Shown here one piece after another: positions 38,989 to 47,070 of a DNA stretch of 64,000 nt. The notes under the pieces were generated by a model that saw only the letters and a program-made list of their open reading frames with translations, was not told the origin of the DNA and did no database searches. The stretch covers positions 470,858 to 534,857 of the forward strand of contig CAVOKY010000011.1 of the NCBI GenBank assembly GCA_963696645.1. Direction: 5' to 3'. This DNA comes from an uncultured Alphaproteobacteria bacterium. GTDB lineage: Bacteria > Pseudomonadota > Alphaproteobacteria > Acetobacterales > Acetobacteraceae. The stretch's first letter is position 1. Every line of letters begins with the position of its first letter. Position numbers and translations under genes: made by a program.

Positions 38989-40558
38989 TTACCGCGGCCG
39001 GCCCGCAACACCTGAGCGGAACAACAGCGTCAGCGGCACGATGCAGAACGCGGCAACGGCCGTGTATGTATATAGATCCGTATAGGACAGGATCGCCGCC
39101 TGCTGGTTCAGCGTCTGATTGATGAGACCCATCGCCGCATCATGCGCGCCGGCAGCCGTCTGACCCATCGCCTCCAGCGCATGCGTGTCGTGCGACAGCA
39201 ACTCCTGGTACGGTTGATCGAACGCACCCAGATGGCCGGCAAGATAAGCGCGGTGCGCCTGCATGCGTTCCGCGCCCATCGCCGTGACGACCGCGATGCC
39301 GATCGAGCCGGAAATGTTGCGGAACATCGAATACAGCGCGGTGGCATCCGCGGTCAGCGAGCGCGGCAAGGTCGAATAGGACAGCGTGCTGTTGGGCACG
39401 AACAGGAACGCCAGCCCGATGGTCTGGAACGTGCGGAACATGGCCAGCGTCCAGAAATCCATCTGCGGCGTCAGCCGTGCGGCAAACGCCGACGAACACC
39501 CGAGGATGAAGAATCCGAACGCAATGACATAGCGCGTGGAGATGTTCGGCAGCACCACCCTGGCCACGACCGGGATGAACAGGATCATCACCGCGGCGCC
39601 CGGCGACAGCAGCAAGCCTGCCAGCAAGGCCGTGTAGCCGAACCATTGCTGCGCCATCACCGGGATCAGCACGTTGCTGGAGTACAGGATCGCGCCGATC
39701 CCCGACACCGTCACCACGCCGACGCCGAAATTGCGATCCTTCAGGCAGCGCAGGTTGACCACGGGCTTGTCGACCATCAACAGCCAGGCAGTGCCGCCGA
39801 CGATGCCCACCGCCGCCGAGCAGCGCAAAGATCCGGATGGTGGGGGAGCTGAACCAGTCCAGGTCCTCGCCGCGGTCCAGCATGATCTGCAGCGAACCCA
39901 GGCCGAGTGCGATCAACGCCAGTCCGCCATAGTCGATGTCGCGCAGATGCGCGCGATCGCGCTGCACCCAGGGCGGATCCTCGACCAGCTGCATCACCGA
40001 GATGAAGGCAAAGATGCCGACCGGCACGTTGATCAGGAACACCCAGCGCCATGAGTAGTTGTCGGTGATCCAGCCGCCCAGGGTCGGGCCGATGATCGGC
40101 GCGAAGATCACGGCGATCGCCACCAGCGAGAACGCCCGCGCACGCTGCGACGGCTCGAACGTATCGAGGATGACCGATTGCTGCGCCGGCTGCAGCCCGC
40201 CGCCGAACAGGCCCTGCAACAGCCGGAACACGACAAGCTCCGGCAGGCTGGTGGCGATGCCGCACATGAACGAGCAGACGGTGAACATCGCGATGCAGAT
40301 CAGGAAATACCGCTTGCGCCCGATCAGCCGACCCAGCCATCCCGCGACCGGCACGACGATGCCGTTCGCCACCAGGTAGGAGGTCAGCGTCCAGGTTGCA
40401 TCGTCATTGCTCGCCGACAGCGCGCCGGCGATGTTGGGCAGGCTGACATTGACGATGGTGGTGTCGAGGATCTCCATGAACGGCGCCAAGGTCGCCGCGC
40501 CGGCCACCAGCCAGACGCTGCCCCTGGGACGCCACGTCGCATCCAGCAGGTCGCTCAT
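38989..40558 (-). pseudogene. emrB: DHA2-family MFS multidrug efflux permease (EmrB/QacA-like), single frameshift near 39825
   Basis: The N-terminal 240 aa are in ORF 39140..40558 (ILDTTIVNVSLPNIAGAL...WRWVFLINVPVGIFAF...). The remaining TMs are in ORF 38989..39828 (LKDRNFGVGVVTVSGIGAILYSS...FRNISGSIGIAVVTA...). The junction is IRIFALL|AAVGIVGG. Confidence 0.75.
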
Positions 40559-40597
40559 GCCACACGGTCGGTCGCGCTGCCGGGACGCCGCACCAGC

Positions 40598-41743
40598 CTA
40601 GCTCGATGGTGTGAGGCGCACGGTCGGCATGACGGACAGCCCCAGCGGCAGCGGCAGGTTGGGGTCCAGCCCGCTGTCGATGACGATCTTCACCGGCACA
40701 CGCTGCACGATCTTCACGAAGTTGCCCGTGGCGTTTTCCGGCGGGAAGGCGGTGAAGCGCGACCCGGAGCCAAGCTGGATGCTGTCGACATGGCCGGTCA
40801 GCTTGAGGTCCGGATAGGCATCAATGCCGATGTCCACCTTCTCCCCGGGGCGCATGCGGGCAAGCTGCGATTCCTTGAAGTTGGCGGTGATCCAGATGTC
40901 CGGCGTGACGATCGAGAAGATCGACTGGCCCGCCTGCACATAATTGCCCTGCTCGACGTTCCGCTTGGTGATCCAGCCGTCCTGCGGCGCGGTGACCCTG
41001 GTCCACGACAGGTTCAGCTCGGCCTGGTCAAGCTGCGCGCGGGCGAGTGCCACCTGCCCCTCGAGCTGCTTTACCTGGGCTTCCGCCTGGCCGATGTACT
41101 GCGGCACCAGTTCGGCCTGCTGCACACCCGCCTGCGCCTGGGCAACCTGTGCATCGGCGGAACGCAGGCCGGCTTCCGCGGCATCGATGTCCTGCTGCAT
41201 GGTGGCCTGTTTGGGCAGGCCGCGCTGACGCCGCGCATCGGCGGCAGCCTTGAACTGCGTGGCCTGGGCGGCCGCCAGTTGCGCCTGGGCGGCGGCGAGC
41301 CTGGCCGGGTAGTCCGCTCGCGCCCAGTCGAGGGTGATGCGGGCGTTGGCGAGCTGCGCTTCGGCAACCTGGAGGCTGCCCTGTGCCTGGTCGCGGGCGG
41401 CGGCGTAGGCGCGAGGATCGATCTCGACCAACGTGTCCCCGGCCTTGACCCGCTGGTTGTCGGTCACGCGCAGTGCGACGACGGTGCCGGAGACCTGGGG
41501 CGCCACCGTGATGGCATGGCCATCGGTGTAGGCATCATCCGTCGTCACCTCGTCCTTGGTGACGTACCAGTAGGTGGTCGCGCCGGCGACCGCGACCAGG
41601 ATGATCAGCAGCAGTACCCACTTTGCGTGCGCGGCCCGCCGGCTCCGCTGCCTTGTCGACAGCAGATCCCGCTGATCCGGGCGCACCTGCACCCGGGCGC
41701 TGGTCCCGGGGGGTGGCAGTTCGCTGGTCGTGTGGTCATCCAT
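40598..41743 (-). CDS. emrA: HlyD-family membrane fusion protein (EmrA-like)
   Basis: It has a single N-terminal TM, then TDDAYTDGHAITVAPQVSGTVVALRVTDNQRVKAGDTLVEIDP and coiled-coil Ala/Gln repeats. It ends with NLSWTRVTAPQDGWITKRNVEQGNYVQAGQ...NFVKIVQRVPVKI. It lies upstream of emrB. Confidence 0.85.
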   Translation of the reverse strand: MDDHTTSELPPPGTSARVQVRPDQRDLLSTRQRSRRAAHAKWVLLLIILVAVAGATTYWYVTKDEVTTDDAYTDGHAITVAPQVSGTVVALRVTDNQRVKAGDTLVEIDPRAYAAARDQAQGSLQVAEAQLANARITLDWARADYPARLAAAQAQLAAAQATQFKAAADARRQRGLPKQATMQQDIDAAEAGLRSADAQVAQAQAGVQQAELVPQYIGQAEAQVKQLEGQVALARAQLDQAELNLSWTRVTAPQDGWITKRNVEQGNYVQAGQSIFSIVTPDIWITANFKESQLARMRPGEKVDIGIDAYPDLKLTGHVDSIQLGSGSRFTAFPPENATGNFVKIVQRVPVKIVIDSGLDPNLPLPLGLSVMPTVRLTPSS

Positions 41744-41830
41744 ACCAAAGGCCCATCGTCGGGGTCAGCATGCCGGTGCAGGCGTCCGTGCATACCATCT
41801 TATGGTGCAGGCGGAATCGTTAATCCAACA

Positions 41831-43603
41831 CTACTGGACCAGCGCCTGGCTGCGCACCAGTCTGGCGTAGAGACCGTTCTGGTCGAGCAGCGCGGCGTGG
41901 GTGCCCTGCTCCACCGCCCGACCGTCCTGCATCACGACGACCAGATCGGCGTCGCGCACGGTGGACAGCCGGTGGGCGATGACGATCGTGGTACGGCCCT
42001 TCCGCAGATGAGCGAGCGCGACCTGAATGGCCGCCTCACTTTCGGTGTCGAGCGAACTGGTCGCTTCATCCAGCAGCAGGATCCGCGGATTGCGCAGCAG
42101 GGCGCGGGCCAGTGCCACCCGCTGGCGTTGCCCGCCCGACAGCCGTTGTCCGCCCGGTCCGACCCGCGTGGCATAGGCGTCGGGCAGTGCGGCAATGAAC
42201 GAGGCTGCCGCTGCTGCTTCGGCGGCAGCCTCGATGTCGCCATCCACCGCATCCGGATGGCCCATGCGAATATTGGCCGCGACCGTGTCGTCGAACAGCA
42301 GCGTGTCCTGCGCGACGTAGGCAATGGCGTCGCGCAGGCTGGCCAGCGTCACCTGCCTGACGTCAGCGCCGTCGATTCGGACAACGCCGGCAGTGGCGTC
42401 GTGAAGGCGCGGAATCAGCGCCAGTGCGGTCGACTTGCCGGCACCGGACGGGCCGACCAGCGCGACCGTGGTGCCGGGGCTCGCGGCGAAGCTGAGGCCC
42501 GCCAGTGCGACGCGGCCGTCCGGATAGATGAAGTGCACATCGTCGAACGCGACATGGCCGCGGCCCGCCGGCAGGGGTTCGGCACCCGGCAGGTCGGTGA
42601 TCCGAGGCCTCTCGTCCACCACGGCGAACACGCGCACCAGGCCGGCGAGGCCTTCCTGCAACGCCGCATTCAGCGAGCCGAGGGCACGCAGTGGACGCGA
42701 GGCGATCAGCAGTGCGGCGACAAACCCGGTAAAATTGCCGATCGTCTGCGAGCTGATCGCCGCGCGCCAACCGGCGAAGCCGATCACCGCCGCGACCGCG
42801 GCGCCGCCCAGCACCTCCAGCACCGGATCGACCCGGGCCCGGCTCCTGGTCATTCGCAAAAGCGCGCGGTAAAGCTGGGCGAACGCGTCCTCCGCCCGAT
42901 GGGTCTCCGCTGCTTCCAGCCGGTAGGCGCGCACGGTGCGGGCCTGCGCGAAGCTTTCGTTGAGCAGCGCCGCGGTCTCGCCCATGCGCTCCTGCATGCC
43001 GCCCGAGGCACGCCGGATGCGCTTGCCGATGCGCTGGATCGGCACCGCCGCCAGCGGATACATCGCCGCCGCGATCAGGCTGAGCAGCCAGTCGAGATAC
43101 AGCATCGAGGCGACCAGGCCGATCACCGTGACGACGTCGGCGATGCCGTTCACCGTGCGGGTGAGCGCGTCGCGGATGATCGTCGCATCCGTGGTGAATC
43201 GGGCGGCGAGCTGCGCCGGCGCCTCACGCTCCAGCCGCGCCAGGTCGGCGTACGCGAGATGCGCGAACATGCGGCCCTGCAGTTCACGGATCACCAGCAG
43301 CACGATCTGCTGCACCTGCACGTTCTGGAAATACTGCGCCGCGGCCTTGATCGAGGTGATGGCAACGACCAGCGCGGGAATCTGGTACAGGATGCGCTGG
43401 TCGCGGTTGGTGAACATCTCGAAGGCGTGGTCGATCACCACCGGATACAGCGCGGTGGTGCCCGCCATCACGACAGTCAGCACAAGCACCAGCAGCAGGC
43501 GCGGCTTGTGGTGGCTGATGTGCTCGCGCCACAGTCGGCCAAGCAACACGCGCGTCGTGTCGCGGTTGGCCTTCAGGTCGATGCGGGGCGTGGCGGCATC
43601 CAT
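41831..43603 (-). CDS. ABC transporter, fused permease/ATP-binding (MsbA/exporter type)
   Basis: A six-TM N-domain is followed by Walker A GPSGAGKST, the signature LSGGQRQRVALARAL and Walker B ILLLDEATSSLD. 590 aa, frame intact. Confidence 0.88.
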   Translation of the reverse strand: MDAATPRIDLKANRDTTRVLLGRLWREHISHHKPRLLLVLVLTVVMAGTTALYPVVIDHAFEMFTNRDQRILYQIPALVVAITSIKAAAQYFQNVQVQQIVLLVIRELQGRMFAHLAYADLARLEREAPAQLAARFTTDATIIRDALTRTVNGIADVVTVIGLVASMLYLDWLLSLIAAAMYPLAAVPIQRIGKRIRRASGGMQERMGETAALLNESFAQARTVRAYRLEAAETHRAEDAFAQLYRALLRMTRSRARVDPVLEVLGGAAVAAVIGFAGWRAAISSQTIGNFTGFVAALLIASRPLRALGSLNAALQEGLAGLVRVFAVVDERPRITDLPGAEPLPAGRGHVAFDDVHFIYPDGRVALAGLSFAASPGTTVALVGPSGAGKSTALALIPRLHDATAGVVRIDGADVRQVTLASLRDAIAYVAQDTLLFDDTVAANIRMGHPDAVDGDIEAAAEAAAAASFIAALPDAYATRVGPGGQRLSGGQRQRVALARALLRNPRILLLDEATSSLDTESEAAIQVALAHLRKGRTTIVIAHRLSTVRDADLVVVMQDGRAVEQGTHAALLDQNGLYARLVRSQALVQ

Positions 43604-43674
43604 ATCGGGCGTGTATCAGTCGCGTGGTGGGGTGGCCAGAGGGTTGCTGTCACGGCGTGAAGCGAAGCGTGCCA

Positions 43675-43708
43675 CCGTCATCGCGAGAAGCGCAACGACG
43701 CGGCACCG
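43675..43708. repeat. degenerate REP-like copy
   Basis: ccgtcatcgcgagaagcgcaacgacgcggcaccg resembles the CTGTCATTGCGAGGAGCGCAGCGACGCGGCAATC core with several substitutions. It abuts the truncated paralogue remnant. Confidence 0.45.
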
Positions 43709-43881
43709 CGCTGCCAACGCGCGTCGGCGGTTCGGTCATGGTGGGCAGGCCTGCCTTCCATATCTCGAAATACGCTTCGGCGCCATTGGGATGCCATTGG
43801 GATGCAGGATGATCGTCGCGTCCATGCCGAGTTGCGCCAGCGGCGCAAGCCTGGCCTGGTCGAATACGCCGGCGGCACGCA
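43709..43881 (-). pseudogene. truncated remnant of a third copy of the 550-570-aa paralogue family (C-terminal end only)
   Basis: The minus-strand reading ...FDQARLAPLAQLGMDATIILHPNG[IPNG]AEAYFEIWKAGLPTMTEPPTRVGSAVP parallels the C-termini of the two full copies. Those read FPVIVYPNASEVYFEIWPQNLTIDIRLGVRVGGTVPA and FPVTMHPNGAEVYFDFWPSGLAIDTRHGVRIGGSVPA. An 11-bp tandem duplication (ccattgggatg at 43783-43793 and 43794-43804) breaks the frame. Confidence 0.6.
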
Positions 43882-45588
43882 TCAGCGAGGCGCCAGCACC
43901 GACGCGAGGTGAAGGCTTCCCTTCAGCATCCCCATCAACGGTGTCTCGTTGAATTGGTTCACCACAATCGCCGGCACCGTGCCGCCCACACGCACGCCCA
44001 AACGTATGTCGATGGTAAGATTTTGCGGCCAGATCTCGAAGTATACCTCCGACGCATTGGGATACACGATCACGGGGAAGCTGAAATCACCCTCCTGGCA
44101 CAGCTTGTTGAACGCTCCCTGGATCACCTTATGGATGCGAAACAGATCCTCGCGACCCACGAATTCGGCGAACAGCGCACGGTAGAATTCGCGCACGACG
44201 TCGATTTTCCCGCGCAGCAGGGTTGAGGACACAATCGGGCGTCGCCGCCAGTTATCGTCGACATCGGTGAACAGCTGCAGGCGATGGACATTATAGTCGG
44301 ATTCGCCGATGGAAACCGGGCCTTCACTGAATACCGACAGGCCAACGGTCTTGCTCAGGAAAGGGTCGCGCAGGAAACCAGCGTGCAACGTATCGATCAG
44401 CAGCACCTGGTCGAGCTGCACCGATTGGTCCGCGGCCAACTCGTCCAGCACATGACTCAGATGGATATGGGCGACATTGTTGACGTCGATCTCCGCGGCA
44501 ACGGGCGCGCTCGTATGGGCGACGGCGCCGTACCTCCGCAGCAACACGAGATCGTTCGCGTCGAGTGCGCCAACGCAATGGATTCCGCCGGCAAAGCCAA
44601 CGGCACGCAGGGTGGCGAGAAACGGCTCCAGCCAGTCCGCGTCACGTTCGCGATGATAAAAGCAGACGACAGCATCGGTTGTGTCGGCCGTGTCGGGCTT
44701 CACCGGTAGCGGCGGGGCCGCAATGGCGCGACTTCGCACCATCGGATAGCGTGGTTCGACCTTGGCATCGAGTCGGAACTGTGGCGCCGCCTCCACGTAC
44801 TGGCGCAGCTTTTCCTTGCGATCCCACTGATGAATGACCGGCACCAACCGCCCATCGATCAGCACACCGCGCTGGTCAATGCTCATCGCCTCGTCCGGCA
44901 TGTAATTCATGGTCGAGACGATGGTATCGCCCGCGTCGCAGAACGCGTTTTGCATCGGCCGCATGCGGGTGACGTAGTTGTGGACGCCCTGGTCCATACC
45001 ACCCAGAATCGGGATCGGCCGCCCCGCCATCTCGTGGATCATGGCGGTAAGATATTGCTGCATTCCGCGTGCCGTGCCGAAGGTGGTACCCGAGCAGGAC
45101 ACCATGCAGTGCCGCAGATTGTCGGCCATCGCCTCGCCATACGCCTGGATCAGCCAGCTCCGATTGACCGGACAGTCGCCAAGCGTGATGCGCTCCTGCG
45201 CGAATACCAGGTCGGCGGGCAACGGCCTCGCGAACGGATCGGCCTGGAACAGCACGTCGCGCAGATCGGAAATCATCACGTTGGCGTATTCACCGCCGTG
45301 GCGCCCCAGGTAGTCCAGGTAGCTGTAGTAGCGGCTGCCCTGGTAGTTCAACTGTGGCAATGCGAAGCGGCAGGCGCGCTCAACGATGACGCCGTGCGCC
45401 AGCAATGTCCGCACCGTGTCGGCGGGCACTTCATCCACGAAAATACATAGGTCACCGTCGAACGTGGTACGGCGCAACGATGCGATAAACCGCTCCAGAC
45501 CGCTGAAGGGCAGCCTCGACCAGACGCCCATTATCAGATTTTTCCGGCCGCTCATGGCATCAGCACAGCCGTCGACTGGCGTGGCCAT
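43882..45588 (-). CDS. hypothetical protein, paralogue 1: two tandem GT-A-like (nucleotide-diphospho-sugar-transferase-like) domains
   Basis: Intact ORF. The start is ATG 45588, or ATG 45555 (MSGRKNLIMGVW), which aligns with the paralogue-2 N-terminus MNGAKHLIMGLW. Each half begins with a beta-strand plus F..SLR motif (LIMGVWSRLPFSGLERFIASLRRTTF / AVVCFYHRERDADWLEPFLATLRAVGF). Each half also contains an x-D-x-x-x-x-F-x-x-DPF motif (VMISDLRDVLFQADPF / VLLIDTLHAGFLRDPF). Confidence 0.6.
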   Translation of the reverse strand: MATPVDGCADAMSGRKNLIMGVWSRLPFSGLERFIASLRRTTFDGDLCIFVDEVPADTVRTLLAHGVIVERACRFALPQLNYQGSRYYSYLDYLGRHGGEYANVMISDLRDVLFQADPFARPLPADLVFAQERITLGDCPVNRSWLIQAYGEAMADNLRHCMVSCSGTTFGTARGMQQYLTAMIHEMAGRPIPILGGMDQGVHNYVTRMRPMQNAFCDAGDTIVSTMNYMPDEAMSIDQRGVLIDGRLVPVIHQWDRKEKLRQYVEAAPQFRLDAKVEPRYPMVRSRAIAAPPLPVKPDTADTTDAVVCFYHRERDADWLEPFLATLRAVGFAGGIHCVGALDANDLVLLRRYGAVAHTSAPVAAEIDVNNVAHIHLSHVLDELAADQSVQLDQVLLIDTLHAGFLRDPFLSKTVGLSVFSEGPVSIGESDYNVHRLQLFTDVDDNWRRRPIVSSTLLRGKIDVVREFYRALFAEFVGREDLFRIHKVIQGAFNKLCQEGDFSFPVIVYPNASEVYFEIWPQNLTIDIRLGVRVGGTVPAIVVNQFNETPLMGMLKGSLHLASVLAPR

Positions 45589-45599
45589 CGGCAACGGAT

Positions 45600-47048
45600 C
45601 TATCGGCCGGTACTGAATGGCACAGCAAGGCCAAGATTTTCCCCGACGACGATCGGCACAAAACGATTGTCGCAGAACACCAGGTCGATACCGAGAGCCA
45701 GCTCACGCCCGGCCGGACGTGCAGCGTCGTACAGCAATTCGCAATCTACCCCACAGCACAGACAATTCCAGGCCGCATAGCAGCCCTCCCGGTTCAGTGC
45801 GAGCTGCACATCCGCGCGCGGCAGCCACACCGGCGTCTCGCGAGCCACGCCATCAATCGTCACACGTACCGATTTGATGTCAGCGTTGGCGAGGCACCAA
45901 CCATCCAGCTTGACCCGCAAGCCAGCGGGCGTGGCTTCCGCAAGCAGCGACAACACCCAGCGCAGCGGCATGCCGCCGCCAGTGACGTCCGCCTCGCTGC
46001 AGCGCCGCGGAGTGGGCGGTTCGATGCGCGGAACAGGTGCCACGCTGTGCGGCCAAGCGGGTTTGGTCAGCCAGAACAGGTAACCTGGCGACATGTCCCG
46101 GGCATTCAGCAGTGGCAGGTAGCGGTTGGCATAGATCGGCCAGAGTCGCATGATCTGCCCGGCGAGTGGTTCGCCGACCCGCAGCCTGGCCAGCAGCGCG
46201 CCGCTGCTGAAAAGTCCATCCGGATCGGGACTAGAGGGCAGAGCCTCGGCGGTGGTGAAGCCAGCCTGAAGCGCCATGGCCTCGAACACTTCGCCGTTGA
46301 ACATGTGCTTATCCTCGCACTCGGCCAGGGCCGCGACGTCGTCCTGCAACACAGTACGCTTGCGAGCCTCGGCAACCCAGTTATGCAACACCTGCCGGTC
46401 ATCGGAGAATGTCGGGTCGCGCGCCAGCAAGAATGCCAGGATATCGGCAAATGCCATGGCCAGGACCCGCCCGAAGCGATAGCTCGGCTCAATGAACCAA
46501 GCCAGGCCACCGGGCCTGAGGATGCGCCAGACATCGGCAAGGAATGCGCCGACATCGGTAATGTGATGCACGACAGATCCACCGACACAACTGTCGAACA
46601 CCGCATCGCGAAAGCACGGTTCATTCGCGCTGTAGGTCGCAAAGCACACCGGAGGTGCGGCCGCATCACGCAACCGATCGAAATTGGCACGGCAAAGCCG
46701 GAGCATATCCGTCGACACATCTGTCAGCACGGCGTCCACAGCGTCGCGATGTCGGAGGATCGAACGGGACAGGGCGCCCGTTCCGCAACCGATCTCCACC
46801 ACCGAGCCAAGTGATGCCGGCCAGCGGTGCGCTGCAACTTGTTTGTACGATTGATACGCCGCCTCCGAACTGGCGTCCTGCACCGTGTTGATGACGTCGT
46901 AGGTATCGGCATCAAGCTGCGTGGCGAAACGGCCGCCCACGAAATCCAAAATGCCATCGGCGGTGGCAAACGACCGGTCACAGTCCACGCAGGCGCCAAA
47001 TTCGGCGGCCAATGGACCGCGGCAGACCGGACACTGGAACTTGCTCAG
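45600..47048 (-). CDS. zinc-ribbon (Trm112-like) + class I SAM methyltransferase + C-terminal beta-rich domain protein
   Basis: Motif I is VVEIGCGTGALSRSIL, followed by VLTDVS, FDSCVGGSVVHHI and GGLAWFIEP. The N-terminus has ...CVDCDRSFATADGILDFV. The matching CPVC half (KFQCPVCRGPL) lies upstream of the track start TTG 47012, reachable only from CTG 47048. The C-terminal 100 aa (VKLDGWCLANADIKSVRVTIDGVARETPVWLPRADV) resemble accessory domains of surface-glycan enzymes. Confidence 0.65.
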   Translation of the reverse strand: MSKFQCPVCRGPLAAEFGACVDCDRSFATADGILDFVGGRFATQLDADTYDVINTVQDASSEAAYQSYKQVAAHRWPASLGSVVEIGCGTGALSRSILRHRDAVDAVLTDVSTDMLRLCRANFDRLRDAAAPPVCFATYSANEPCFRDAVFDSCVGGSVVHHITDVGAFLADVWRILRPGGLAWFIEPSYRFGRVLAMAFADILAFLLARDPTFSDDRQVLHNWVAEARKRTVLQDDVAALAECEDKHMFNGEVFEAMALQAGFTTAEALPSSPDPDGLFSSGALLARLRVGEPLAGQIMRLWPIYANRYLPLLNARDMSPGYLFWLTKPAWPHSVAPVPRIEPPTPRRCSEADVTGGGMPLRWVLSLLAEATPAGLRVKLDGWCLANADIKSVRVTIDGVARETPVWLPRADVQLALNREGCYAAWNCLCCGVDCELLYDAARPAGRELALGIDLVFCDNRFVPIVVGENLGLAVPFSTGR

Positions 47049-47070
47049 TACCGGTGACCATCGGCCGAAC

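Noticed and set aside
40178-43660. 1160-aa + strand ORF, the longest in the track
   Set aside because: It lies antisense to emrB, emrA and the ABC exporter, all of which have clear family motifs. Its translation is Arg/Gly/His/Asp-rich with no recognisable domain, the usual shadow ORF of a GC-rich genome.
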